Shown in pieces: positions 39,063-49,453 of a stretch of DNA of 64,000 bases (its first letter is position 1; each line of letters begins with the position of its first letter). Location: the NCBI GenBank assembly GCA_965206325.1, contig OZ242208.1:678326-742325 (forward strand), read 5' to 3'. The notes beneath the pieces are model-generated. The model had not been told where the DNA came from, searched no databases, and saw only the letters and a program-made list of their open reading frames with translations. Source of the DNA: Gammaproteobacteria bacterium (GTDB lineage Bacteria > Pseudomonadota > Gammaproteobacteria > Tethybacterales > G965206325). A program made the position numbers and the translations under genes.

Positions 39063-40142
39063 TTAGCAGATGATTTTCCGCTTGGCAATTTCCGTCAGCA
39101 TTTTTTTAATCGGAGCGGGCAAGGCGGCGGATTTAATTTGATTCGGCGAAAACAATCGCGCGGAATTGCGGGCGTTAATTTTCGCGGACGAATGCGCCGA
39201 ATAAAAAACGGGCGATTCAATCACCAGTGAAAAATGCGTGAAGTGATGCGTTATCTTAGGCAATTCAATTTTCATCGGCGCGAGTTTAATTTCGAATTGC
39301 GATTCGCATTTCGCTTTTAATTCCTTCGCCGAATCAAATTCCGGCAGCGATCGCAGCCCTCCCCATATTCCCCGCGAAGGACGCTTTATTAATAGAATCC
39401 CTTTGGCTTCGCCGATTAATATCAGCGGCATAATTGCGCGGCGAATCGGCTTGGCTTTGGCGCGATTCTTAATCGGCAATTCATTTTGCCGACCTTGTAT
39501 TTTTGCTTTGCATTGATTCGTCAGCGGACAAATTCCGCATAGAGGATTCGCTCTTATGCATATCATCGCCCCAAGGTCCATTAATCCCTGCGTGTAGGGG
39601 CGAATGCCGCGCGTCGGCAAATTGGCTTCGGCGGTTCGCCATAATTGATTAAGAGTCGCCGCATTGCCGAGCGGCGAATCAACTGCAAAGAATCGGGCGA
39701 AAACCCGCTTGGCGTTGCCGTCCAGAATCGCCTGCTTTTCGCCGTCGGCGAAGACGGAAATCGCCGCCGCCGTAGAGCGTCCGACGCCGGGAAGTTTAAT
39801 GAGGTCAATAAATCGCTTGGGCATTTCGCCGCCGAATTCGCGCATGATAATTTTGGATGCGCGATGCAAATTGCGGGCGCGGGCGTAATAGCCGAGTCCG
39901 CTCCATAATTGCATAATGGTTTCTTCGCGCGCGTCGGCGAGTTTTTTCAAAGTCGGCAGTCGCCGCAAAAAGCGCGAAAAATAAGGCGCGACCGCCGCCG
40001 CCTGCGTCTGCTGAAGCATCACTTCGGCGAGCCATATCTTGTAGGGGTCGCGATCTTTCTGCCAAGGCAGATGATGCCGTCCGAATTTTTTCTGCCATTG
40101 AATTAATTCGGCGGCGAATGTTTGATTTGCCAATGAATGCAT
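39063..40142 (-). CDS. mutY: A/G-specific adenine DNA glycosylase
   Basis: HhH-GPD domain, an Fe-S cluster Cys ladder (CxxxxxxCxxCxxxxxC) and a C-terminal NUDIX-like domain. Confidence 0.85.
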   Translation of the reverse strand: MHSLANQTFAAELIQWQKKFGRHHLPWQKDRDPYKIWLAEVMLQQTQAAAVAPYFSRFLRRLPTLKKLADAREETIMQLWSGLGYYARARNLHRASKIIMREFGGEMPKRFIDLIKLPGVGRSTAAAISVFADGEKQAILDGNAKRVFARFFAVDSPLGNAATLNQLWRTAEANLPTRGIRPYTQGLMDLGAMICIRANPLCGICPLTNQCKAKIQGRQNELPIKNRAKAKPIRRAIMPLILIGEAKGILLIKRPSRGIWGGLRSLPEFDSAKELKAKCESQFEIKLAPMKIELPKITHHFTHFSLVIESPVFYSAHSSAKINARNSARLFSPNQIKSAALPAPIKKMLTEIAKRKIIC

Positions 40143-40162
40143 TAGAATCGCATCTGCAAATG

Positions 40163-40235
40163 CGGAGCGGGTGAAGGGAATCGAACCCTCGCACTCAGCT
40201 TGGGAAGCTGATGTTCTGCCATTGAACTACACCCG
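40163..40235 (-). tRNA. tRNA-Gly (anticodon CCC)
   Basis: Reverse complement GCGGGTGTAGTTCAATGGCAGAACATCAGCTTCCCAAGCTGA...GGTTCGATTCCC...CACCCGC folds as a cloverleaf with anticodon loop TTCCCAA. Confidence 0.85.
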
Positions 40236-40285
40236 CAAATGCGCGATAATCTCCGCGTGAAAAAACGGCATTATACGGAATTAAG

Positions 40286-40486
40286 ATGAGGTGCGTCATC
40301 AACGGCGAAGCGCGCGAATTTTCCGCGCCGCCGACGGTCGCCGAGATGATTGAATCGCTGGGCGTCGCCGGAAAAAAAATCGCCGTAGAAATAAACGGCG
40401 GCATTATTCCGCGCGGACGCATCGCCGAACAGCAGGTGCGGGACGGCGATATTGTGGAAATTGTCGTCGCCGTCGGCGGCGGATAG
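40286..40486 (+). CDS. thiS: sulfur carrier protein ThiS
   Basis: 66 aa ending in GG, located immediately upstream of thiG. Confidence 0.8.
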   Translation: MRCVINGEAREFSAPPTVAEMIESLGVAGKKIAVEINGGIIPRGRIAEQQVRDGDIVEIVVAVGGG

Positions 40487-40503
40487 CGTGCGATAATTCG
40501 CCA

Positions 40504-41313
40504 ATGAATTGTTCCGACGGCAGCAATGATTCGCTGATGATGGCCGGGCGTGCGTTTTCGTCGCGTCTTCTTCTCGGCACCGGCAAATACCGCGATTTCG
40601 CCCAAACCCGCGAAGCGATTGAAGCCAGCGGCGCGGAAATTGTAACCGTCGCCGTGCGTCGCGCCAACATCGGGCAACATCGCGATGAACCGAATTTATT
40701 GGACGCCCTTCCGTCCAAGTGCGTCGTGCTGCCGAATTCGGCGGGCTGCTACGACGCCGATTCCGCCGTGCGCGTTTTGCGCCTCGCCCGCGAATTATTA
40801 AACGGCGAATCGCTCGTCAAACTGGAAGTTTTGGGCGACGAAAAATCCCTGTTTCCGAATGTCGCCGCCACTCTCGCCGCCGCCCGCATCTTGGTGAAGG
40901 ACGAATTTCAAGTGATGGTCTACACATCCGACGACCCCATCGCCGCGCGCGAATTTGAAGATATCGGCTGCGCCGCCGTAATGCCGCTGGCGTCGCTGAT
41001 TGGGTCGGGAATGGGAATTCTCAATCCGCATAATTTGCGCCTGATAATTGAACAGGCAAAAATTCCGGTGCTGGTGGACGCCGGAGTCGGTGCGCCCTCC
41101 GACGCCGCCTTGGCGATGGAATTAGGATGCGACGGCGTGCTGATGAATACCGCCGTCGCCGCCGCCGTCCATCCGGTGCAAATGGCGCATGCGATGCGCG
41201 CCGCCGTTATCGCCGGACGATTGGGCTGGCTTGCCGGTCCGATGCCGCGCCGCTTTGCCGCCGCCGCGAGTTCGCCCGCCCGCGGAGTCGTCGGTGAATC
41301 GCCGCGCGATTAA
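40504..41313 (+). CDS. thiG: thiazole synthase
   Basis: Full-length ThiG-like TIM barrel ([19 protein letters not shown]). Confidence 0.85.
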   Translation: MNCSDGSNDSLMMAGRAFSSRLLLGTGKYRDFAQTREAIEASGAEIVTVAVRRANIGQHRDEPNLLDALPSKCVVLPNSAGCYDADSAVRVLRLARELLNGESLVKLEVLGDEKSLFPNVAATLAAARILVKDEFQVMVYTSDDPIAAREFEDIGCAAVMPLASLIGSGMGILNPHNLRLIIEQAKIPVLVDAGVGAPSDAALAMELGCDGVLMNTAVAAAVHPVQMAHAMRAAVIAGRLGWLAGPMPRRFAAAASSPARGVVGESPRD

Positions 41314-41962
41314 AAGCTTTGTCTTCCGGTCGGGCAGAATCACTCGCGCCCAAAAGCGCGGACTGGAAAATCATTTTGATTCTTTCGGCGTTTTGCCGAC
41401 GGATTCGCCGCCCGATTGGCATTCCATCTTCGGATGCCGCGCGCCGCTTATCGTCGAAATCGGCAGCGGACTCGGCGAAGCGACATTGGCCATCGCCGAG
41501 GCGAATCCCGAATGCAACTGCGTTGCCGTGGAAGTTTATCCGCCCGGCGTCGGCGCATTATTAAACGAAATCGCCGCGCGAAAAATTAAAAACATTCGGG
41601 TGATTCGCGGCGACGCCGCCGCCGTTTTGCGCGCGATGTTTGAGGATTCTTCCATCGCCGCCGTCCATATTTTTTTTCCCGACCCGTGGCCGAAAAAGCG
41701 GCATCACAAGCGGCGATTAATTCAGGACGAATTCGCCGAATTGCTGGCGCAAAAAGTATCGCTCGGCGGCATTGTCCGAATTGCCACCGACTGCGAAAAT
41801 TACGCCGGGCATATCGCTCAAGTTTTTGCGCGCGCGCGCGATGCTTTTTCGCCGCAGGAAAAAAGCGAAAATGAATTTGTTCGCCCGCCGACCCGCTTTG
41901 AAAATCGGGCGCGACTCGCCGCCCGCACGACGGCGGCATTCGCCTTTGCGCGGCGTTGTTAA
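41294..41962 (+). CDS. trmB: tRNA (guanine-N7)-methyltransferase
   Basis: SAM motif [10 protein letters not shown] and [19 protein letters not shown] start was assumed overlapping the thiG end. Confidence 0.7.
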   Translation: MNRRAIKSFVFRSGRITRAQKRGLENHFDSFGVLPTDSPPDWHSIFGCRAPLIVEIGSGLGEATLAIAEANPECNCVAVEVYPPGVGALLNEIAARKIKNIRVIRGDAAAVLRAMFEDSSIAAVHIFFPDPWPKKRHHKRRLIQDEFAELLAQKVSLGGIVRIATDCENYAGHIAQVFARARDAFSPQEKSENEFVRPPTRFENRARLAARTTAAFAFARRC

Positions 41963-42205
41963 AGCCGCGTGGACAAAATAGTTATTCGCTTGTTGAGTTC
42001 AATAATCGCCGCGGGCATCGCGGAAATCTGCGGATTTTCGCGCAGATAAACGACGAATTGATTGAGCGAATCGGCGAGATTATTCATCGCCGACGCCAAC
42101 TCGCGAATGTCGGAAGAGTCGGGTGGATTCATTCTGCTTTCCCTTCCGACATTCTACGCCGCTTCTTGGGCGAATCAAAAGCCGATGGCTAAGCCGCCCC
42201 CGCTT

Positions 42206-43474
42206 TCAGGAAATTAATTCATGCATCAGCGAAAGCGTTTTAGCAAGGGCGCCGCGATTTTTTTCGCACAGCGTTTTGGCGGCGATTCCCATTTTTTTTC
42301 GGCGGTCGGAATCGGCGGCGAGAGCGGCCATTTCGCTGATGACTTCCGCCGCCGAATTGCATTGAACCATCGCCCCGGCGGCGACGGAGCGATTGACGAT
42401 ATCGGCGAAATTATCCGCTTTCGGCCCGACCGCCGCCGCCTTGCCGAGCGTCATTGCTTCTATGGGATTCTGTCCGCCATTTGATGCGAGTCCGCCGCCG
42501 ACAAAAACCGCATCGGCGGCTTCGCAGTAAATTTGCATTTCGCCGAGCGTGTCGCCGAGCAGAATTCGCATCGGCGAATCCTTTTCTATTTTTTCTAATT
42601 CGCTTTTGCGAATGAAGGCAATGCTGCGGCGGCGAATTAAATCGGCGACTTCATTGCATCGCTCCGGATGACGCGGGACAAGAATTACAAAATGATTGTG
42701 CAGAAAGGAATCGCTTATTTCGTCGAGCAGCATTTTTTCCTCGCCCGCCCGCGTGCTGGCGAATAAAAGAACGGGGGATGAATTAATTTCATCGATTCGC
42801 TTTCGCAATTTTTTTCCCAAGGCGATGTCTTCGGGCGAATGGGCGATGTCAAATTTAAGGTTGCCGGCGGCGGCGATTCGCCTCGCGCCGAAAAAATTAA
42901 AGCGCCTCGCGTCTTTGGCTGTTTGCGCGACGACGATGTCAAATTGATGAATCGCCTCGGCGGCAAGCGGATAAATGCGGGCGTATTTTCTCGCCGACTT
43001 CGCCGACAAGCGGGCGTTGGCGAGGATTAAAGGAATTCCTTTTTTTCGGGCAAGCCGCAGCATATTCGGCCAAATTTCCGTCTCCATAAAAACGCCGATG
43101 CGGGGATGAAAATGCGCGAGAAATCGGCGCGCGGCCGATTCGGAATCCAGCGGATAAGCGGCGAAGCGAATGCGTCCGCCGAATTTTTTTTGCGCCCATT
43201 GATAGCCGCTTGCAGTGGTGTGGGTGAGAAGGACGGATTCGCCGCCGCCGAGAAAATGCTCAATGATTCCCGCCGCCGCCGCTGATTCGCCGACGGAAAC
43301 GGCGTGCACCCAAATCGGCGATTCTGCCAATGGCGGTGATTTGGGATAGAAGGCGAGGTAATTCGCCAGCGGTATTTTTTCGCCTTGAATTTTCGCGCGC
43401 TTGGCAATCAGGCGAATTAATGCCATCGGCGCAAAAATCGCCAGCGCCGTCCTATAAACGAATCGCCACGCCAT
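42206..43474 (-). CDS. waaA: 3-deoxy-D-manno-octulosonic acid transferase
   Basis: N-terminal WVHAVSVGESAAAAGIIEHF and glycosyltransferase family 30 architecture. Confidence 0.8.
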   Translation of the reverse strand: MAWRFVYRTALAIFAPMALIRLIAKRAKIQGEKIPLANYLAFYPKSPPLAESPIWVHAVSVGESAAAAGIIEHFLGGGESVLLTHTTASGYQWAQKKFGGRIRFAAYPLDSESAARRFLAHFHPRIGVFMETEIWPNMLRLARKKGIPLILANARLSAKSARKYARIYPLAAEAIHQFDIVVAQTAKDARRFNFFGARRIAAAGNLKFDIAHSPEDIALGKKLRKRIDEINSSPVLLFASTRAGEEKMLLDEISDSFLHNHFVILVPRHPERCNEVADLIRRRSIAFIRKSELEKIEKDSPMRILLGDTLGEMQIYCEAADAVFVGGGLASNGGQNPIEAMTLGKAAAVGPKADNFADIVNRSVAAGAMVQCNSAAEVISEMAALAADSDRRKKMGIAAKTLCEKNRGALAKTLSLMHELIS

Positions 43475-43502
43475 TGGAATCAGGCGATTCGCATCGGCGA
43501 AT

Positions 43503-43886
43503 TCAGCGGGCGGACATAACGGCGTCCACTTCCACTTGTGCGCCCTTCGGCAAAGCGGAAACCTGCACCGCCGCCCTCGCCGGATACGGCTTGGAAAAAA
43601 ATTCCGCCATCGCTTCATTCACCAGCGAAAAATGGGCAAGGTCGGTCAAGTAAACCGTCAGTTTGACGATGTCGTCAACTTCGCCGCCGGCGGCTTGGCA
43701 AATCGCCGACACATTCTGAAAAACACGGCGGATTTGATTTTCAATTCCGTCCGTCATTTCCATCGTGGCGGGATCCAGCGGAATTTGCCCGGAAATATAG
43801 ACGGCGTCGCCCGCCCGAATCGCCTGCGAATACGCGCCGATGGCCTGCGGCGCCGAATCGGTTTGGATGGAATTTTTTCGGTTCAT
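43503..43886 (-). CDS. ridA: RidA/YjgF family reactive-intermediate deaminase
   Basis: 127 aa with the YjgF signature. Confidence 0.8.
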   Translation of the reverse strand: MNRKNSIQTDSAPQAIGAYSQAIRAGDAVYISGQIPLDPATMEMTDGIENQIRRVFQNVSAICQAAGGEVDDIVKLTVYLTDLAHFSLVNEAMAEFFSKPYPARAAVQVSALPKGAQVEVDAVMSAR

Positions 43887-43932
43887 AGCGGCGATTGTCG
43901 CACGGCGGAAGACGATTTGGCAAGCGGAAAAT

Positions 43933-44379
43933 TCATCGCTTCATTTTTGCCCCGGCGTAATCCGCCACTAATTTCGGCAGATTTTTTTCGGTGTAGGACG
44001 GATGGTCGGAGTCGACCGTCCATGGGGCTTTTCGCAATTTAATGACGCGCTTTCCGGCGGCGATGGATTCCAGCATCATTCGGTCGTGCCATTCGCAGCG
44101 GTCGCCCGGATAATCGCGGCAGATGGCGGGTCGGGCGCGGTAAATGCCGCAGGAGCGGGTTTTTTGATTAAGAAAAACACAGACCGTTGCGCCGAATTTT
44201 GCGTCCGGGCGATGCTTCATTTTTCGGCGGCGGCCTTCGGCTTCGGTAAATTGCTCGCGCGCGTCGAGGGCGGTCGTTTTAAGATGGCGGGCGATGCGGG
44301 CGATGTCCGCGCGCGTCGCCGGAATATCGGGATAGCCGCAGCAAAACGCCGGGCAGACGGAGCAATCGTAGGGCTTCAT
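43933..44379 (-). CDS. YkgJ-family Cys-cluster protein
   Basis: N-terminal [13 protein letters not shown] cysteine cluster. Confidence 0.6.
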   Translation of the reverse strand: MKPYDCSVCPAFCCGYPDIPATRADIARIARHLKTTALDAREQFTEAEGRRRKMKHRPDAKFGATVCVFLNQKTRSCGIYRARPAICRDYPGDRCEWHDRMMLESIAAGKRVIKLRKAPWTVDSDHPSYTEKNLPKLVADYAGAKMKR

Positions 44380-44397
44380 CAGGAAAAGCGAATGCTA

Positions 44398-44829
44398 TCA
44401 AAATTTTGCGGACGCCGCACGGCGGCGGGCTTTTAAGAAAGCCGCAATTTCCGCCTCATTGAATTCTTTTTCTGCGACGCGAAAGGCAAAGCGATGGCTT
44501 TCGTCCGGCGGCAGATTCAATTCCACGCCGTGGTCGAGCAAAAATTTAATCGCGCACGCCATTGCCGTCCGCTTGTTGCCGTCCATAAACGGGTGACTGC
44601 GGATGATGTGAAAGACATACGCCGCCGCCATTCCCCACGGAAAGGAATGCAGATAGCCCTCATAAACGGCGGCTTGCGGCGCGGCGACGGCGGATTCCAA
44701 CCCGTGACGGCTGCGAATTCCCGGCATTCCGCCATAGAGAGGCAGCAAGCGGCGGTGCGTTTGAATGGCTTCCTGCAGGGCGATGAAACGGCGCGGGAGT
44801 CCCGCTTCCGTCATCTTTTTTCCGGCCAA
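44398..44829 (-). CDS. doc: Doc/Fic-family toxin (death-on-curing)
   Basis: Fic/Doc motif HPFMDGNKRTAMA. Confidence 0.75.
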   Translation of the reverse strand: MAGKKMTEAGLPRRFIALQEAIQTHRRLLPLYGGMPGIRSRHGLESAVAAPQAAVYEGYLHSFPWGMAAAYVFHIIRSHPFMDGNKRTAMACAIKFLLDHGVELNLPPDESHRFAFRVAEKEFNEAEIAAFLKARRRAASAKF

Positions 44830-44996
44830 TCTTTCGGCGGACCTTGCGCGAGGAGGCGAAAAAGTTCGTCGTTTTCGCGGATGATTTTTTCGAGCACATC
44901 ATCAAACGGACGCTCCCACGGCGGAATGCCGGCCGCGATGGAGCGGTCGGTTTTATTTAATTCGGCTTGCGGCTGGGCGGCGATGCGCGTCATCAT
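44811..44996 (-). CDS. small ORF overlapping doc start, possible cognate antitoxin
   Basis: 61 aa. A 19-nt overlap with doc suggests translational coupling. No clear Phd signature. Confidence 0.3.
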   Translation of the reverse strand: MMTRIAAQPQAELNKTDRSIAAGIPPWERPFDDVLEKIIRENDELFRLLAQGPPKDWPEKR

Positions 44997-45157
44997 TTCG
45001 GCATTATAGCGGATTTTTTCGGCATCGGCGAATCTTTTTTAATAAAAAGCGAAGTCGGCGAATTTGGCGGCGGCGAATTTGGAGTATAATTTCGTCCGCA
45101 ATGGAAAAGGCCGATGCGCCTTTTTTTCTATTTCCGACAACCAACGGAGTTTTAACT

Positions 45158-45490
45158 ATGGGCGACACTGTCGTGCAGGTCAGCGACAAATCCTTTGAAG
45201 CGGATGTGCTGAAATCCGACCTGCCTGTTCTTGTGGATTTTTGGGCGCCGTGGTGCGGCCCGTGCAAACTTGTCGCGCCGGCGGTGGAGGAAATCGCCGC
45301 CGACTACGCCGGCCGGCTGAAAGTGGCGAAAATGAATGTGGACGAAAATCCCATGCAAGCGCAAAAATACGGAGTGCGCTCCATTCCGGCGCTGATTTTA
45401 TTCCGCGACGGCGACATCGTCGACCAGAAAATCGGCGCGGTTTCCAAGGCGGCTCTCGCTTTGTTTGTGGATGAGCGGCTGCAGTCATGA
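45158..45490 (+). CDS. trxA: thioredoxin
   Basis: WCGPC active site. Confidence 0.9.
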   Translation: MGDTVVQVSDKSFEADVLKSDLPVLVDFWAPWCGPCKLVAPAVEEIAADYAGRLKVAKMNVDENPMQAQKYGVRSIPALILFRDGDIVDQKIGAVSKAALALFVDERLQS

Positions 45491-46914
45491 ATTCAAATCC
45501 CAAAAAGAAAAAAAATAATCTGCCGCCGGATAATTATTCGGACGCGCCCGACGAATCCGCCGTCATTTCCGATGCGCCCGAAGCCGATGCGCCCGTCTCG
45601 CCGGAGAAAAAGCGCCATCAGGATTATCTGCTGCAGGAGATTACGAATCTTTCGCATCTGCGCGACAAATCCATCGGCGCGCTGGTGGAATTAGCGGGCT
45701 GGCTGGAATTGGAAAGCGGCCGACGCGCGCGCAAGCAGGATTTAATTTTTTCGCTGCTGAAGCATCGCTACAAATTGGGCGGCGAAAATATTCGCGGACA
45801 AGGCACCTTGGAAGTGCTGAATGACGGCTACGGATTTTTGCGCTTCGCCGATGAATCCTATCTCTCCGGGCCGGGCGACATTTATGTCAGCCCCAATCAA
45901 ATTCGCCGGATGAATCTGCAGACCGGCGACAAAATTGCCGGCGAAGTCCGAATCCCCCGCGACAACGAGCGCTATTTCGCCTTAGTGCGGCCGGATGAAA
46001 TTAACGACGACACGCCGGAAAATTCGCGCAAGCGGATTTTATTTGAGAATCTCACGGCGCTGTTTCCGTCGGAGCATCTTAAATTAGAGCGCGATTTGCG
46101 CGCCGAAGAAAACATCACCGGGCGAGTCATTGACATTATCGCGCCGATTGGCAAAGGCCAGCGCGGACTTGTAGTGTCGTCGCCCAAAAGCGGCAAGACG
46201 GTGATGCTGCAGCATATCGCGCACGCCATCGCGCAGAATCATCCGGAGGTTAAATTGTTCGTCCTTCTTATTGACGAGCGGCCGGAAGAAGTCACCGAAA
46301 TGCAGCGCACGGTCAACGGCGAAGTCGTCTCTTCAACTTTTGACGAAGCGGCGGCGCGGCACATTCAAGTGTCGGAGATGGTCATCGAAAAAGCTAAGCG
46401 GCTGGCGGAAAATAAAAAGGATGTCGTTATTCTTTTGGATTCCATCACGCGATTGGCGCGCGCTTACAATACGGTTGCGCCGCAGTCGGGAAGAGTATTA
46501 ACAGGGGGGGTGGATTCTCAGGCGCTGCAGCGTCCCAAGCGATTCTTCGGCGCGGCGCGCAATGTGGAAGAGGGGGGGTCGCTCACGATTATCGCCACCG
46601 CCTTAATTGAAACCGGCTCGCGCATGGACGATGTGATATACGAAGAATTCAAAGGCACCGGCAATATGGAAATTCATCTTGACCGGCGCATCGCCGAAAA
46701 GCGGGTTTATCCGGCGATTATCCTCAACAAATCCGGCACCCGCCGCGAAGAATTGCTGATGGAGCCGGAAATTCTGCAGATGGTTTGGATTCTGCGAAAA
46801 CTCATCGCCAATATGGACGAAGTGGAAGCGATTGAATTCCTTCTGGACCGTTTGCGCCAGACCAAATCCAACGCCGCCTTTTTCCAAATGATGCGGAAGG
46901 GCGGGGGCGGCTAG
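45487..46914 (+). CDS. rho: transcription termination factor Rho (with N-terminal insertion)
   Basis: Rho N-terminal/OB-fold region, and an ATPase domain with Walker A and Q/R loops. Confidence 0.9.
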   Translation: MNSNPKKKKNNLPPDNYSDAPDESAVISDAPEADAPVSPEKKRHQDYLLQEITNLSHLRDKSIGALVELAGWLELESGRRARKQDLIFSLLKHRYKLGGENIRGQGTLEVLNDGYGFLRFADESYLSGPGDIYVSPNQIRRMNLQTGDKIAGEVRIPRDNERYFALVRPDEINDDTPENSRKRILFENLTALFPSEHLKLERDLRAEENITGRVIDIIAPIGKGQRGLVVSSPKSGKTVMLQHIAHAIAQNHPEVKLFVLLIDERPEEVTEMQRTVNGEVVSSTFDEAAARHIQVSEMVIEKAKRLAENKKDVVILLDSITRLARAYNTVAPQSGRVLTGGVDSQALQRPKRFFGAARNVEEGGSLTIIATALIETGSRMDDVIYEEFKGTGNMEIHLDRRIAEKRVYPAIILNKSGTRREELLMEPEILQMVWILRKLIANMDEVEAIEFLLDRLRQTKSNAAFFQMMRKGGGG

Positions 46915-46937
46915 CCCCCTTCTAATTTATCCGCGCG

Positions 46938-48617
46938 ATGAGCGAAGAAAAGCCGATAAATCTGCGGCGTCGTTTTAAGCCCAAAGGAAGGGGAGTTGAT
47001 TCCGACGCCCTCGCCGAAGTGCGCCATCTGCTCGGCGATTCGCCCCGCCGACGCGACTTGCTGATTGAGCATCTGCATAAAATTCAGGACGCCTGCGGCT
47101 GCTTGTCGGCGCGCCATTTGGCCGCTCTCGCCGCCGAAATGAAGTTGTCCATGGCGGAAGTTTATGAGGTCGCCACTTTTTATCATCATTTTGATGTCGT
47201 CCGCGAAAGCGACTCCCCCCCCCCCCCCGTGACGGTGAGAGTGTGCGATTCGGTGACATGCGATCTTTTCGGCGGCGGCGATTTGCTGCGCGAATTGCAT
47301 TCGCAATTGGGCGATTCGATTCGCGTCATTCGCGCCCCCTGCGTCGGACGATGCGATGCCGCTCCGGTGGCGGTCGTCGGGCAGAATCCAATTGAAAAGG
47401 CGACCATTGGCAAAGTTGCGGCGGCGGCGAAAAACAGCGAAACGGCGGCGACTCTTCCGTCGCCAATTGCCTTTGATGATTATGTCAAAGGGGGGGGGTA
47501 TGAAACGCTGCGCGAATGCTTGGAAGGAAAGCGCGAAATTGAATCCGTCATCAAAACTTTGGAAGATTCCAAACTGCGCGGATTGGGCGGGGCGGGCTTT
47601 CCGGCGGGGCGCAAATGGCGAATTGTCCGCGCCGAATCATCCCCGCGAATTTTGGCGGTCAACATAGACGAAGGCGAGCCCGGCACCTTCAAGGACAGAT
47701 ATTTTCTGGAGCGCGACCCTCATCGCTTTTTGGAGGGTGCATTAATTGCGGCGTGGGCGATTGGCGCTTCGGCGATATACCTCTATCTGCGCGACGAATA
47801 TCATGGCTGCCGAAAAATGCTCGCGAATGAATTGGAGTCGCTTCGCATGAGGGGGGAGGTCTCTCTTCCCGAATTGTATTTGCGAAGGGGGGCGGGCGCG
47901 TATATCTGCGGCGAAGAATCCGCGATGATTGAATCCATAGAAGGCAAAAAAGGAATGCCGAGATTGCGTCCGCCTTATGTTGCGCAGGTTGGTGTTTTCG
48001 GCTGTCCGACTTTGGAGCATAATATGGAAACCTTATATTGGGTGCGCGATATTATTGAGCGCGGCGCGGAATTCTTTTCCGCCAATGGCAGGCGCGGACG
48101 ATTCGGACTGCGCGCATTTTCCGTCAGCGGACGAGTCAAAAAACCGGGTGTGCATTTGGCTCCCGCCGGAATTACCGTCCGCGAATTAATAGATGAATTC
48201 TGCGGCGGAATGATTGACGGCGAAGAGTTTTATGCTTATCTTCCGGGGGGGGCGTCGGGGGGGATATTGCCGGCGGCGATGTCGGATATTCCTTTGGATT
48301 TCGGGACGATACAAGAGCGCGACGCCGATTGTTTTATTGGGTCGGCGGCGGTAATTATTTTATCCAAGCGCGACCGCGCGCGCGATGCGGCGATGTCGGT
48401 GATGAAATTCTTTGAAGATGAATCCTGCGGACAATGCACGCCTTGTCGCGTTGGCACGGCGAAGGCGGTTAAGTTAATGTCGGCGAAAAAGTGGGATAAA
48501 AATTTGCTGGAAGAATTATCGCGCGCAATGGCGGACGCATCCATTTGCGGATTAGGCCAAGCCGCCCCGAATCCGATTCGCTGCGTCGTCAAGCATTTCG
48601 CTGATGAGGTGAATTGA
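46938..48617 (+). CDS. NAD-dependent formate dehydrogenase beta subunit (NuoE-like plus NuoF-like fusion, Fdh1B-type)
   Basis: N-terminal 2Fe-2S thioredoxin-like Cys motifs (CGCLSARH, CDSVTCDLFGG, CVGRCDAAP). NuoF-like NAD/FMN region (GLGGAGFPAGRKW) and 4Fe-4S motif CGQCTPCRVG. Confidence 0.8.
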   Translation: MSEEKPINLRRRFKPKGRGVDSDALAEVRHLLGDSPRRRDLLIEHLHKIQDACGCLSARHLAALAAEMKLSMAEVYEVATFYHHFDVVRESDSPPPPVTVRVCDSVTCDLFGGGDLLRELHSQLGDSIRVIRAPCVGRCDAAPVAVVGQNPIEKATIGKVAAAAKNSETAATLPSPIAFDDYVKGGGYETLRECLEGKREIESVIKTLEDSKLRGLGGAGFPAGRKWRIVRAESSPRILAVNIDEGEPGTFKDRYFLERDPHRFLEGALIAAWAIGASAIYLYLRDEYHGCRKMLANELESLRMRGEVSLPELYLRRGAGAYICGEESAMIESIEGKKGMPRLRPPYVAQVGVFGCPTLEHNMETLYWVRDIIERGAEFFSANGRRGRFGLRAFSVSGRVKKPGVHLAPAGITVRELIDEFCGGMIDGEEFYAYLPGGASGGILPAAMSDIPLDFGTIQERDADCFIGSAAVIILSKRDRARDAAMSVMKFFEDESCGQCTPCRVGTAKAVKLMSAKKWDKNLLEELSRAMADASICGLGQAAPNPIRCVVKHFADEVN

Positions 48618-48622
48618 AAGCG

Positions 48623-48872
48623 GTGAAAGCGACGGGATATTTTAATCGCAGAAAAATGCGTCCTGACCGCGCTGCTATTAAAGATGAATGGGTGCATCGG
48701 GTTGTAAGGAATCCAATTTGCACAGAATACAGAATGGCAGTCCGATGGTAGAATCCGTCGGTGGGGGAAAATTGACGAAGCGGGTGGAAAATATTTGCGT
48801 GTGGTGTTGCTTAAAGACGGCGAGACCGTGCATAATGTTTTTTTCGACCGAGGATTCCGAGAAGAGCAATGA
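48623..48872 (+). pseudogene. DUF4258-family toxin-like gene with a +1 frameshift near 48735
   Basis: Frame A reads VKATGYFNRRKMRPDRAAIKDEWVHRVVRNPICTEY and stops at 48749. The overlapping frame continues QSDGRIRRWGKIDEAGGKYLRVVLLKDGETVHNVFFDRGF, the characteristic DUF4258 C-terminus. It ends in an ATGA overlap with the DUF2283 gene. Confidence 0.55.
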
Positions 48873-49156
48873 GAGAAGTTAAACTCGAATACTACGCGGA
48901 CACCGATACGGTGTATATGGAATTCAACGACAATTCCGTTGTTGAAACCCGCGATTTCGGCGATGATTTTATCGCCGACCTTGACGCGCGCGGCAATCTG
49001 GTCGCCCTCACGGTTGAACACGCCACACAGAATATGCCCGCCCTGATGATGCGGGCGATGAAGCACACCGCGCAAGAATCCGATACCGCCGAGTTGCCTT
49101 TCTTGCCGGGAGTTTTGCAGGAAGACAGCGACACGCCGCGCAAATTGTCGCGCTGA
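48869..49156 (+). CDS. DUF2283-family protein (putative antitoxin partner of DUF4258)
   Basis: MREVKLEYYADTDTVYMEFNDNSVVETRDFGDDFIADLDARGNLVALTVEHA matches DUF2283. Confidence 0.65.
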   Translation: MREVKLEYYADTDTVYMEFNDNSVVETRDFGDDFIADLDARGNLVALTVEHATQNMPALMMRAMKHTAQESDTAELPFLPGVLQEDSDTPRKLSR

Positions 49157-49264
49157 TGCCGCAAGTCGCCGGATTTCCTTTCCGTCGCCTCGGCAAAAAA
49201 GTTGATTTTTTTTGCGCGAATCTTCGATTTTGTTTATAAATCGCTTTACCATTAACCAAGGGAA

Positions 49265-49453
49265 GTGAAAATGAACAACATCATCCCGCTGAAAATCCTT
49301 ATTGTGATTTTCGCGGCCGTCACCAGCGGATGCGCCACCATCGTGCAGGGATTCAAGCAATCGGTGCACTTTAATAGGCAGCCGAGCGGCGCAACTTGCC
49401 TTTTGCGCCTTTCGCAAAATCCTGTCATCTATTATACCCTGTTTTCATCATGA
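49265..49453 (+). CDS. small putative lipoprotein or leader ORF
   Basis: 62 aa with a lipobox-like LIVIFAAVTSGC. AT-richer than its surroundings. Confidence 0.25.
   Translation: MKMNNIIPLKILIVIFAAVTSGCATIVQGFKQSVHFNRQPSGATCLLRLSQNPVIYYTLFSS

Noticed and set aside
48623-48872. Possible programmed +1 frameshift in the DUF4258 gene
   Set aside because: No slippery heptamer or stimulatory structure is evident at the shift site. Simple decay into a pseudogene is the more economical explanation.
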